DNA of 64,000 bases. Source: Mobula birostris (taxonomy: Eukaryota). A program made the translations under genes and the position numbers. The stretch covers positions 4,025,212 through 4,089,211 of the forward strand of contig NC_092380.1 of NCBI RefSeq assembly GCF_030028105.1, given 5' to 3'. Below, in pieces: positions 47,201 through 58,885 of this stretch (position 1 is the stretch's first letter; each line of letters opens with the position of its first letter). The notes beneath the pieces are model-generated. The model ran no database searches. It worked only from the letters and a program-made list of their open reading frames with translations, and was not told where the DNA came from.

Positions 47201-47619
47201 TATTGCTTATGCGCCATTAGCTTTATCTCATTGAAAAGTACTTTGAACTACATTAATGAATAAAAAAGGTATTATTGGGAGATTATTCTGGCATTTTCCC
47301 CCCTTCCTTTCCTGAAGGGATTCCTAAACGTCGACTTTTTATTCATTTCTAGAGATACTGCCTGACAGCACTCCGTGTGCGTTGCTGTGGATTTGCAGCA
47401 CCTCCTGTGTCTATTAATCGGGAGATTGAGTGAGAGTGCGCATGTGCCAAGGAGAAGAAACTGCGTCTGCATCACTGCGCATGTGCGGCGGGAAGTCGCC
47501 GTTGAGTTGCACCGTGGAAGCAGCAGGTGGCGCCACGACTCAACGTGTCAGAGATAGAGCGCGGAGAGCCATCAGAGACGTGAGGGGACGAACGGTCACA
47601 GGCCATGACAAGGCAGCAA

Positions 47620-47885
47620 TTAGACAATAGGTGCAGCAGTAGGCCATTCGGCCCTTCGAGCCAGCACCACCATTCACTGTGATCATGGCTGATCATCCAT
47701 AATCAGTATCCAGTTCCTGCCTTCTCCCCATAACCTTTGATTCCGCTATCTTTAAGAGCTCTATCCATCTCTTTCTTGAAAGCATCCAGAGACTTGGCCT
47801 CCACAGCCTTCTGGGGCAGAGCATTCCATATATCCACCACTCTCTGGATGAAAAAGTTTTTCCTCAACTCCGTTCTAAATGGCCT
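47620..47885 (-). mobile_element. CR1 LINE 3' end
   Basis: PFRTELRKNFFIQRVVDIWNALP...GYGEKAGTGY; (CAATAGA)-type tail. Confidence 0.8.
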
Positions 47886-47961
47886 AAGAACGGAATAGAG
47901 AATGGGAGGAGAATGGTAATTAGGAAAGACATGCAATTAGAAGACACGAGATACTACAGGT

Positions 47962-48106
47962 AAACACGAGGAAATCTGCAGATGCTGGAATTTCACGCAA
48001 CACACATCAAAGTTGCCGGTGAACGTAGCAGGCCAGGCAGCATCTCCAGGAAGAGGTACAGTCGACGTTTCGGGCCGAGACCCTTCGTCAGGACTCTAGG
48101 TGCTAC
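47962..48106 (-). mobile_element. Short Penelope-like insertion with 13-bp target-site duplication
   Basis: AGATACTACAGGT at 47949-47961 and 48107-48119; lies inside an older PLE terminus. Confidence 0.8.
48060..48095 (-). ncRNA. Minimal type I hammerhead ribozyme motif, intact core
   Basis: Minus strand reads AGUC-CUGACGA-A-GGG(UCUCGG)CCC-GAA-ACGU-C/GACU. Confidence 0.75.
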
Positions 48107-49359
48107 AGATACTACAGGTGCTGGAATCTGAAGCAATAACCTGCTGGAGGAACCCAGTGGGGCGAGTAGCCTCTGTGGGAGGGAAGGAATTATTGATGTT
48201 CAGGACCGACACATCGGCAGATACGGTTGGGAACTGGGAGAACGTGGGATGGGAGAAGAATTAGGAAATGGATCGGAATAAGGTTTAATATAGTGAAATT
48301 TGTCGTTTGATGGAAGCAGTACCTTGGAGTTTATTACAATAAAACTAAAATTACAATAAGTATGTCTTTAAAAAAAGAAAAGTAAGTAGTGCAAAAGGAA
48401 AGAAAAAATAATAAGGTAGTGTTCATGGACACCACCAGGTTCAGGAACAGTTACTACCCCTCAACCATCAGGCTCTTGAACAAAAGGGGATGGCTACACT
48501 CAATTGCCCATCCTGTGAGATGTTCCCACAACCAATGATCTCACTTTAAGATCTCATGATCTCGTTATTTATTGCTATTTATTTATATTTGCATTTGCAC
48601 AGTTTGTTGTCTTCTGTACTCTGGATGATCTTTCATTGGTCCTGTTAGAGTTCCTGTTCTATAGATTTGCTGACGGGAAGATGAATTTCACGGTTGTATG
48701 TGGTGACACATATGTACGTTGATAAAATGTACTTTGAACTCTGGGTTTATTGTCCATTCAGAAATCTGATTGCAGAGGGGAAGAAGCTTCCTGAATCATT
48801 GAGTGTGTGTCTTCAGGCTCCTGTGCCCCTCCCTGATGGTAGCAATGAGAAGACGACACGTCCTGGGAGATGGGGGTCCTTAATGATGGATGCCTTTTTG
48901 AGGCATCGTCTTTTGAAAGTGTCCTGGATGCTCGGGAGGCTAGTGCCTATGGTGGAGTTAGCTGAGTTTACAACTCTCTGCAGCTGAGAGAAAGAATGAT
49001 GAATTTTGGAAGGGAACAGGGAATGGGGGGGCAGGAGAATTAGAGAAGGGGGAAGGAATATAGCTAAGGAATTTAACGGGAAGTAATAGCAGATGGAATG
49101 TGAGGAGGGAATGGAAGGGGAAAACTGATGATAATTAGTGTTGAATCATGCAAGAGGGAGATTCCTCGGTTCCTCGGGGAAGGAAAGTGGGTCAAAGGAA
49201 AGCGGGAAAATAAAACAGAGCAGGAAGAAAGAAAACAAACGGCGTCTCCTTGCGGTTAATTAGTATTCCCCGTTGTTTGTACTTCGTGTGTTGACATAAT
49301 TTAATGGATGATTTAGGATAAAATGGTAGATTTTTATATTTAAATAAGCTAGGGTGAAT

Positions 49360-49966
49360 TTATTGGCGGGCAGATGAATGTCTATTTTCCATTCGCATAT
49401 TAAATACCCGCCAAATTCCAGAGATTAACGATATGGACGGGACCCGAGAATAAAATCCCGCTCCCCACAGTGTAAACATTGAAATTCCGAGCCCGTTTGC
49501 ACGAAAATAAACAATTCCTCAAAACTTGAACCTCCCTAAATCTTCTCATTAAACATCTTACTTGTTCTGAACATATACCCAAATATTTAAATTCTTTGTA
49601 TACATTTTTGTAATTTTTTCCGCTTTTTATGAGTTTTGTTCTTTCAAAAGTACTTACTACGTCTCTTTAAAGTAACTTTAGGTGAACTTTTTTTCTGGAA
49701 AGTTGCCCCTGATTTTTATAAGCTCCTAACGCTCCCAGCCATCAACTTTCTAAACTATTCCATTGCCTGCCCTTCTCTGACTGTCCTTAAACCACTGAGG
49801 CTGAAGTTGTTTCATTCCCACCCACTTCCGCCTGTCTACAACTCAGTACAACCCCAGACCCCTCACAGACTCTCCCGAGAAGGAAAACAGCAAACTCGCT
49901 CCGAACAACCTCAGAAAAACAATCAAAGCACAGTACCCTTCTGCGCCCCAGGAGTTACAAGTAAGA
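49360..49966 (+). promoter_or_regulatory. Possible promoter/first exon of an unidentified + strand gene
   Basis: TE-free, CpG-containing island; E2F-like TTGGCGGG (49363) and CCCGCCAAA (49407); ETS-like ACTTCCG (49824); donor-like CAA|GTAAGA at 49961. Confidence 0.3.
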
Positions 49967-50221
49967 CAGCAACTGTTTCCTTAAGTATCGCTCTGCTTGT
50001 GATTGCAAGGATTGCGAATCATCATCGCGCTTGTTACTCAGAATAGTTTTGCCAGGATGCGAGTCGAAGATAATCTAAATTTAAATGTGAGAATTGGAAC
50101 AGTCTTTGATCGGCTGACTGTCCTCTTCGAAGCTGTTTTAGCCAGCTGACTATAGAAAGCTCAGTCCCCCATTTTATCCCGAGACGGGCAACTGGTCCTG
50201 TTTGTATTGACGGGAGGCAAT

Positions 50222-50407
50222 GAGAGTGAAGGAGAGTGTGAGAAAGAGAGAGAGAGAGAGGAAGAAGTGAAGAGAGATAGGGAGGGAGAAAGAGAGGAAG
50301 ACGGAGAGAGAGAGGGAGAGAGTGAGGTAGAGAAAGAGAGAGATGGGGGAGAGAAAAAGCGAGAGAGAGACCCACACACACAGAAGGGAGAGGGGGAGAG
50401 AGAGAGA
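50222..50407. repeat. (GA)n-rich polypurine microsatellite tract
   Basis: Imperfect GA repeats. Confidence 0.85.
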
Positions 50408-51188
50408 TGTCACCGGATAACCCCCGAGTTTAACAAAACGCCGTGTTTTTCTGTGGCGTATTTTAAACATCCCAAATCGCCTTACAGCCAACAGTCCGGT
50501 CACTGTTTCAACGTGAGGGCGCTGCAGCCGATTCTGCAGGGTCTAATAAACTACAAGATAATATTTAATCAGCTATTTAATCTCTTCGAAGCCATTTAAA
50601 CCAGCTCTCTGTGCTGGTGAATACCTTGTTTTCACAGGTTTTCCACCCCTCCTTCACTCTATGTCAGAGTCACGGCCACGGCGTGAGGAAATCAATGCGC
50701 ACGGTGAGATCTCGCAAGCTGCAAAATAATATCTCAGTGAACTAAAAGCAGAAAGTGCTAGTGAAATGTAGGGCCTCTAAAGATTCTGCAGGCGGAGTTG
50801 TCCCTCATTGTGTGTGTGTGTTTTTTTTCTGGTACTAATGTCTTGTTTTGACAATCTTTTTTCTCCTTCATTGTCTGGTATAATTGGTATGTTCTGTGTG
50901 TTGTCTGCATTGCAAATTTTTGATTGTGACCCCCCCTCCCCAAAATACCGGGGAATTCAGCAGGTCGGCTAGCATCCACCGAGGAGCCGAGACCCTGCGT
51001 GAGTGCCCGACCTGCTAAGTTCCTGCGTGGGTTTCTCGAGATTTCCAGCATCTGCAGAACCTCTTGTGTCTTCTTCACTGTACCTGTCCCTCACCGTGAC
51101 ATTAAGCTCTGGTGAAGGGTCTCGGCCCGAAACGTCGACTGTTTATTTCCCCCCGTAGATGCTGCCTGACCTGCTGAGTTCTGTATGT

Positions 51189-51423
51189 AACACACATAAA
51201 AGTTGCCGGTGAACGCAGCATCTCCAGGAAGAGGTACAGTCCCCCACCCCCTCCCACTTTCAAATCTCTCACTAGCTCTTCTTTCAGTTAGTCCTGACAA
51301 AGGGTCTCGGCCCGAAACGTCGACTGTACCTCTTCCTATTGATGCTGCCTGGCCTGCTGCGTTCACCAGCAACTTTGATGTGTGTTGCTTGAAATTCCAG
51401 CATCTGCCGATTTCCTCGTGTTT
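51189..51423. mobile_element. Penelope-like insertion with inverted terminal segment, nested in an older PLE end
   Basis: 51189-51241 is inverted relative to 51241-51423. Flanked by GAGTTCTGTATGT (51176-51188) and GAATTCTGTATGT (51424-51436). Hammerhead at 51290-51325 has a G8>A change. Confidence 0.75.
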
Positions 51424-52699
51424 GAATTCTGTATGTGTCCTTTCAGATTTCCAGCATCTGCAGAATCTTTGGTGTGGCATTAAACTCAGTTTGACAGAGA
51501 AATATCATTAATGTTTTAGGCCATTCACCAAAAATTCATACAGTCCTCCTGTGTCTCAGGCCCAGAGTCCTTAGCAACCGTCTAGAGTAGGTTACCTGGT
51601 GGGCACATTGAAAGTCAAAGGGCCTGTAATGTGCCGTAGATTTTCTATGTCCTAAGAGGTTTGACAATAATCCCCACATTCCCATCAATTCTCCCCAGAT
51701 TCTACCCCTTGGGGCAATTAACCAGAATATGGGAGGAAACTGGGGCAGGTTGTGTTTGTTTCTGGTCGCCTTGTTATGGGAAAGACGTGGAAGTTATCGA
51801 GAGAGTGCAGAGGAGACTTACCAGGATCCTGCCTGGATTAGAGAGGCATGTCTTGTGAGGATAGGCTGAGCGAGCTTGGGCTTTTCTCTGTGGAGGTGTG
51901 ACTTCTGATAGCCGTGTACAAGATGATAAGCGGCATAGATAGCTGGACAGCCAGAGGCTTTTCCCCAGGGTGGAAACAGCTCATTATGAGGAGGGTGATC
52001 AGAGGAGAGAATGGGGGGGGGGGTGTCAGAGGTAGATATTTCACACAGAGGATGGTGAGTACATGGACCACTGCCAGGGATGGTGGGAGAGACAAATTTA
52101 AGAAACTCTTAGATAGGCATGTGGATGAAAGGAAAATAGAAGGCTATGTGGCAAGGAATGAAGGTTTAGGTTTTTAATCTTTAAAACAGCTTTATCTGTT
52201 CCACTCATAACTTTTCCATAAGGTTAACCCTCATTCTTGTACTTTGCAAGGAATAAAGGCCCATGTTGGCCAACCTCTTCCTCTAACTCAAGCCCTCTAG
52301 TCATAGAAAACCTACAGCACTATACAGGCCCTTCGGCCCACAAAGCTGTGCTGAACATGTACTTACTTTAGAAATTACCTAGGGTTACCTATAGCCCTCT
52401 GTTTTTCTAAGCTCCATGTACCCATCCACAAGTCTCTTAAAAGTGCCTATCGTATCTGCCTCCCCCACCATCACCAGCAGCCCCTTCCAAGCACTCACCA
52501 CACTCTGCGTAAAAAAACTCACCCCTGACATCTCCTCTGTACCTACTTCCAAGCATCTTAAAACCTTCATTCATCAGACACTGACAAAAGGTCTCAGCCC
52601 TAAAGGTCAACTCTTTATTCCTTTCCACTGATAGGATCAGTTTGGGTTGGCATGGACAATGCGGGCCGAAGGGCCTGTTCCTGAGTTGCACAACGTTGC

Positions 52700-53480
52700 A
52701 TCAGAATCAGGTTTAATATCACCGGCATATGTCATGAAAAGTGTTGTCTTTGTGGCAGCAGCACGTTGCAATACATAGTAATAGAAAAAAAGTGAACTAC
52801 GGCAAATATATATATATATATATATATAATAGCTAAATAAGTAGTGTAAATATAGAAATAAAAATAGTGAGGTAATGTTCATGGGTTCAATGTCCATTCA
52901 GAAATCAGGTGACCGTGGGGAAGTAGCTGTTTTGAATCACTGAGTGTGTGTCTTCAGTCTTCTGTACCTCCTTCCTGATGGTAGTAATGAGAAGAGGGCA
53001 TGTCCTGGGTGATGGGGGTCCTTAATGATGGACGCCGCCTTTTTGAGGCATCGCTCCTCGAAGATGTCCTGGGTACTATGGAGGCTCGTGCCCAAGATGA
53101 AGCTGACTAAGTTTACAACTCTCTGCAGCTTATTTTGATCCTGTGCAGTATCCACCTCCCCACCATACCAGAGGGTGATGCAGCCAGTTAGAATGCTCTC
53201 CACGGTACATCTGTGGAAATTTGCGAGTGTCTTTGGTGACAGACCAAATCTCCTCAAACTCCTAATGAAATACAGCTGCTGCTGTACCTTCTTTGTAGCT
53301 GCATCATTAGGTAGGGTCCCAGGATAGATCCTCAGAGATATTGTCACCCAGGAACTTGAAATTGTTCACTCTTTCCACTTCTGATCCCTCTATGAGGACT
53401 GGTGTGTGTTTCCTCTTCTTACCCTTTCTGAAGTCCACAATTCAGCTCTTTGGTCTTGCCGATGTTGAGTATAAGGTTGC
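52700..53480 (-). mobile_element. Rex1/Babar-type LINE 3' fragment
   Basis: KKVQQQLYFIRSLRRFGLSPKTLANFHRCTVESILTGCITLWYG...HPGHALFSLLPSGRRYR. Confidence 0.8.
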
Positions 53481-53744
53481 ATTCCATAAGCACCTAAATT
53501 CCCTCAGGAGTGAGGAATAGTTGTGGGGTCAATGGGTGTCAGTGATTTGTGGAGATCTTATCAGATAATTTCTCCTTCCATTCCTCCCCACAGTGACTGT
53601 GGGAACCTTCTCATCATCTGGGACTCAATTCAATGACTCACTGTAAAGGTGGCACCTCTGGTGGTGTGACACTCCCTTGGTACTGTGCTGAGAGAGCCTG
53701 GTTGGAAACTCGTACTTGGGTTTTACCTCATTGATCAGTTCCCT

Positions 53745-54275
53745 AGGTGCAGAGGAAGTTCATGAGAATGATCCCAGGAATTAAAGAGTTAACGAATGAT
53801 GAGATTTTCATGGCTCTGGGTCTGTATTCATTGGAGTTACTAAGAACCTACTATGAAGCCTACATAGAGTGGACGTGGAGAGGATGTTTCTTATCGTGGG
53901 GGAGTCTGGGCCCATAAGACCATAGACTATAAGACATAGGGTCATAATTAGGCCATTCAGCCCATCGAGTCTGCTCAAGGCCCAGCAGGCCCATCCTCGG
54001 AATATAAAGGCAGCTCTTTAAAATGGTGAGGAGGGGTTATTTCTTTAGCCAGAGGGTGGTGAATCTGTGGAATTCATTGCCACAGATGGTTGTGGAGGCC
54101 AAGTCATTGGGGTGTATTTAAAGTGGAGGTTGATAGGTTCTTGATTAGTAAAGGGCATCAAAGAATATGGGGAGAAAGCAGGAAAATGGGGTTAATAAAT
54201 CAGCCATGATCGAATATCAGAGCAGACTCGGTGGGCTGAATGGCTTATCTCTGCTCCTATGTTTCATGATCTTAT
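53745..54275 (+). mobile_element. CR1 LINE 3' fragment with a small inverted CR1 tail insert
   Basis: Standard CR1 3' sequence; opposite-strand tail at about 53912-53975. Confidence 0.7.
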
Positions 54276-54570
54276 AACATTGCTCACCTTGGCTACAATG
54301 CTGCTGAAATCTGTCTCAGTGTCCCTGTATGACACCAGCTTCTGTTTACTATATATGTTATATCAATTATATGGTGGTAAAGTGCCACAAAGTATCTTAT
54401 AAAACCAAATTTGAACATTATAAAGAATCTACAGATGTTGGAAATCTGTAAATCTCTAAATAATTGCAATTAAGGGCCGGGCAGCATCCATGAACAGAGA
54501 GGAAGTTATTGTTTCAGGTTTTATGTGAATATCATGTGGAGATGATATCAATCAAGGTATTTATAGAGGA

Positions 54571-54868
54571 CTCAAAGTCAAAGTCTGTCCCCGAACCTTT
54601 GTGGCCCATCAGGCCGGTGCTTATGCTGGTTTCTGTGGTGTGAAGTGACTGAGAGTACGAGACCCCCCCCCACCCCCGGATAGGACGCCAGTCTATTGTG
54701 AGGTTAACCCCCAGCATTTGCCGGTACCCATTTTCAGCTGGGTGGACTGGAGCAGTGTGTGGTTAAGTGCCTTGCTCAAGGACACAACACACTGCCTTGG
54801 CTGAGACTCGAACCCACGACCTTCAGATCATGAGCCCAACGCCCTAACCACTTGGCCACGCATCACAC
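54571..54868 (-). mobile_element. Full-length CORE-type SINE with tRNA head and 12-bp TSD
   Basis: ATTTATAGAGGA at 54559-54570 and 54869-54880. Minus strand has A box TGGCCAAGTGG, B box GGTTCGAGTC, CORE-like GTGTCCTTGAGCAAGGCACTT and an (ACTTTG)n tail. Confidence 0.85.
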
Positions 54869-57292
54869 ATTTATAGAGGAGGTAGGTGAGAAATAGATGG
54901 GGAACTAACACAGAAAGTAAGCTGAGGCCTGGGGCAGGTGACAGGACAGGTTTGATGGGCTGAGTAGCCTCCTGCTTGCTCCTATTTTCTTAGTCCTTTG
55001 TAAAACTAGGTTGAAGTTGTGGAAGAGCTCACAATCCCAGGAAGCTGGTTCCATACAGCCCTGTGCACTCAAAGGCACCAATGCACAGGACTGGGGAAAA
55101 AAACTCCAGAGGGCTGTAGACTCAGGAAGCTCCATCGCAGGCACATCCCTCCTCACTATCGAGGACATCTCCAAAAGCGGATGCTGCAAGGAAGTGACAT
55201 CCACCACTGGGGACCCACACCATGCAGGACATGCCCTCTTCTCATCACTGCCAACAGGATACAGGAGCTTGAAGATGCACTCAACGCTTTTGATACAATG
55301 CAGAACAGTAACGCACAGGAGCAGGCCCTCGCCCCGCATTGTCTCCGCCTGTCAGGAAACGTAGAGAAGGCTTGACCCCAAGGGAGAGCAGGGGAGACAA
55401 TTTAGCAGTGAGCAATAACTTTACTGAAAAAACTGTAAAATAACAAGCCACAAGAGGCCACAAAAACTAGAGAGAGTGGATTCTTAACACAGCAAGCTGA
55501 AGGCCAGGAGCAATGGGTTGAGGCTGGTTGGTTCGATGAGTGAACGAGGGACTGTGGATGAGAGCTGGGTTTAAATAGGCTGCAAGTGATGAGTTGGAAG
55601 CAAGTGGCAGGTGATTCCTGTTAGCCGGGTGGAGACTGGGAGGAGCCTGCTTGTGTATGCGGGCCTAAAGTGCTGACCATAATGCCAACCCAAACTATTC
55701 CTAACTGCCGGCACATGAACCATATCCCTTCATTCCCTGAATGCCATGTCCCTATCTAAATGCTAGTATCACGTCTACTCCCATCAACACTATCCCAGGC
55801 AGTTTTTTTCCTGCCACCCACCACTCTACAGTCTCTTCCCTTCCGCCATCAGATTATTGATGGTGCATGAACCTACTGCCCGTTGCACCACTGGCATTTA
55901 GGGCCGCAATGAAAGTCATCCACTTCTTGACCAGTGGACCACTTTTAGTCTGGCCTCTACCCTTTGACCTGTTTGGCATGGGTGACCCCACCAAGAGCCA
56001 AAGCACAAAGCCCTGACTCCAGCCAACATAGCTCTCTGGGTCATCGTAGTACACAAGCTCCAAACCCCACTACAAGGTTGTGGTCCTCGTGGAGGAATGG
56101 TCTATAAACACTACCTGACTATTTTACTCTTCTTTTACACTGTTTATTTATCTTTTATATATTCTTATTGTAATTTATAGTAATTTTTATGTATTGGACT
56201 ACTGCTGCCACAAAACAACATATTTCACGATGTATGTCAGCAATCATAAAGCAGATTCTTATTCTGAAGAGAAGAAAAAGACAGCTCTGAAAGTTCTGTT
56301 TTTTTAGTGAATCCCCTCTCAGTCTCTAAACCCCAGCAGTCACCAAGAGCCCAAGTACCTCAGAAACGTGATCTACTCCGGACTGCCGCTCTGACTGTCC
56401 TGTGTCGATGACCCCACGGCAGCCCCTACGTAGTTAATCAGTCAATCAAGGAAGGTTCAAAGTGCAGCAATTATTCCCAGCTGCGGGCCCAGCAGGAGAA
56501 AGGTTAAACATACGTGAAGGAATCATCCTTCAATCCACTGTCTCTCTTTCTTCTCACTCTGTTTATCTCTAGTTGTTTTTTCTTTGCTATCCCTTACTGC
56601 ATCTCCTTTTCTCTCTCCGTCTCCCTCCCTGTCACATCCCCCTGCTCTCTCACCTTCTTCTGTCACCCTCCTCCCTGTCCGTCACCCTCCTCCCTGTCCC
56701 TCACCCTCCTCCCCGCACTTTCACAAATGCATTACAGAGAGATACAGCAGAGCAACAGGCTCTTTGTCCCAGGCAACACACACAAATGCTGGAGGAATTC
56801 AGCCGGCCAGGGAAGGAGTAAAGTGACAGTAAGCAGTCGACATTTCGGGCCGAGACCCTTCATCGGGTCTATTTCCTCATCTCCATCGACGCCGCCTGAC
56901 CCGCTGAACTCCTCCAGCATTTTGCGTGTGTTGCTCTGGATTTCCAACATCTGCAGGTGTTCTCGCGTTTGAGGCTCTTCGGCCCATCGAGCCTGTGCTG
57001 GAGACTGGAAGGCCGGCAGTGGCACGTCCTGTAGTTGGACGACTGAGTATGTGTGTGGAGGGAGGGAAAGGGCCTTGTCTTGATGTTGTCCTGCTGAGCA
57101 TTGTGGGTATGCTACGTAGGTGCCGGAACGTGTGGAGACACTTGCGGGCTGCCCCCAGATGGTGTGGGTTGTAGACACAGACAGTGCCTTTCTCTGCATG
57201 CTTCAATGTATATGTGAATCCGAAGCTGGAGAAATGTGACAGGTACAGATGGTGGCTCTGCTGTTGTAATAAACGGTGAAATGTGTTGGGAT

Positions 57293-57836
57293 TCTCACTC
57301 TCAGGGTGGAGAAGCAACACCTCGTATTCCAGCTAGGCAGCCTCCAACCTGATGGCATGAACATTGACTTCTCCTTCCAGAAACGTTTTCCCTTCCCCCT
57401 TCCCACTTCTTCTATTCCCCCCCCCCCCAACTCTGGCCTCTTACCTCTTCTCCTCACATGCCTCTCACCTTCCCCTGCTGCCCCTTGGTTCTTCCCTCTT
57501 CTCCTCACATGCCTATCACCTTCCCTTGGTGTCGCTTGGCTCTTCCCTCCTCTTCTCATCTGCGTATCACCACCCCCATGGTGCCCCTCCTCCTTCCCTT
57601 TCTTCCATGGTCCACTCTCATCTCCTATCAGATTCCTCCTTCTCCAGCCTTTTACCTTTCCCACCCCCCACTTTCTATCTAGTCTTCCTTCCCTTCCACC
57701 CACCTTCTTATTCTGGTTTCTTTCCCCCTCCTTTCCTGTCCTGGTGAAGGTCCTCGGCCTGAAACATTGACTGTTTATTCTTTTCCATGGATGATGCCTG
57801 GCCTGCTGAGTTCCTCCAGCGTTCTGTGTGTGTTGT
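57293..57836 (+). mobile_element. Penelope-like element 3' end (GIY-YIG C-terminus + pLTR)
   Basis: LRVEKQHLVFQLGSLQPDGMNIDFS; degenerate hammerhead at about 57737-57773. Confidence 0.75.
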
Positions 57837-57954
57837 AGTGAATAGTTCTGTCTGTTGGCTGGGAAATTGAAGATCTCATGATGGTAAAATCTGAATGAGC
57901 TGGGACAGGTAACCTGAGTTCCCATCCCCTCAATATAGGAAGGTCGTGCAAGCT

Positions 57955-58332
57955 TCAGAGGGAGTGCCAAGGAGATTTACCAGGGTGCTGCCCAGTTTAC
58001 AGAGGGTGCCAAGGAGATTTACCAAGGTGCTGCCCCGTTTAGAGAGGGTGTCAAGGAGAATTACCAGGGTGCTGCCTGGTTTAGAGAGGGTGCCGAGGAG
58101 ATTTACCAGGGTGCTGCCTGGTTTAGAGAGGGTGCCAAGGAGATTTACCAGGGTGCTGCCTGGTTTAGAGAGGATGCCAAGGAGATCTACCAGGGTGCTG
58201 CCTGGTTTAGAGAGGGTGCCGAGGAGATTTACCAGGGTGCTGCCCAATTTAGAGAGGGTGCCAAGGAGATTTACCAGGGTGCTGCCTGGTTTAGAGAGGG
58301 TGCCGAGGAGATTTACCAGGGTGCTGCCTGGT
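57955..58332 (+). repeat. 42-bp x9 minisatellite derived from CR1 ORF2
   Basis: Unit TTAGAGAGGGTGCC(A/G)AGGAGATTTACCAGGGTGCTGCCTGGT (LERVPRRFTRVLPG); continues into ordinary CR1 sequence (ESVSYEDRLSELGLF). Confidence 0.93.
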
Positions 58333-58611
58333 TTAGAGAGCGTGTCTTATGAGGATAGGTTGAGCGAGCTAGGGCTGTTCATGCTGTGGAGTGATAGACG
58401 ATGAGTGGTGACTTGACAGAGGTGTACTAGATAATAAAAAGTGGAGAGCGAGAGACTTTTTCCCAATGGCAATAATTCTAAGGTGATTGGAGGGAAGTCT
58501 AGGGGGGTAGGGGGGCTGTCAGAGTTAGGTTTTTTATCACAGAGGTCGGTACATGGAATGTACAGCCAGGGGTGGTGGTAGAGACAATCACATTAGGGAC
58601 ATTTAAAAAAT

Positions 58612-58885
58612 TCTGTTCTAAAGGGATTTCCTTGCATTCTTGTGTGAGGATTGGTGAGACGATGGGACAGGAGGTGGGGTGGGGGTGGGTTCTCACGCCT
58701 TGTGTAGCCTTGGACCTGTGTGAGGGATTCTGGCTGGGACAGGCCGCCGGGGATATTTTCTGCCTTGGCCCCCTCTCTGGCTGGAGATTACAGAAGTATT
58801 AAACCCCTTTTGCTGCAAAGAGGAGGCGCCACTCTGAAGGAAGTTGGCGTGCCATGGCAACAGCGCTGCTGGGGGTCCTGGCTCG
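58612..58885 (+). repeat. Local duplicate (about 275 bp) of 59948-60229
   Basis: Near-identical sequence from TCTGTTCTAAAGGGA to GGCTCG in both places; this copy interrupts a CR1 3' end. Confidence 0.88.

Noticed and set aside
50034-50599. ORFs rich in S/L or E/R/G
   Set aside because: Translations of the (GA)n tract.
54787-54862. tRNA-Met-like sequence as a real tRNA gene
   Set aside because: No acceptor stem closure; it is the head of a TSD-flanked SINE.
57203-57970. 255-aa minus-strand ORF
   Set aside because: Antisense reading of a purine-rich PLE terminus with internal duplications; no domain.
57955-58332. Regular repeats as a CRISPR-like array
   Set aside because: Head-to-tail tandem units with no unique spacers, CR1-derived, in eukaryotic DNA.
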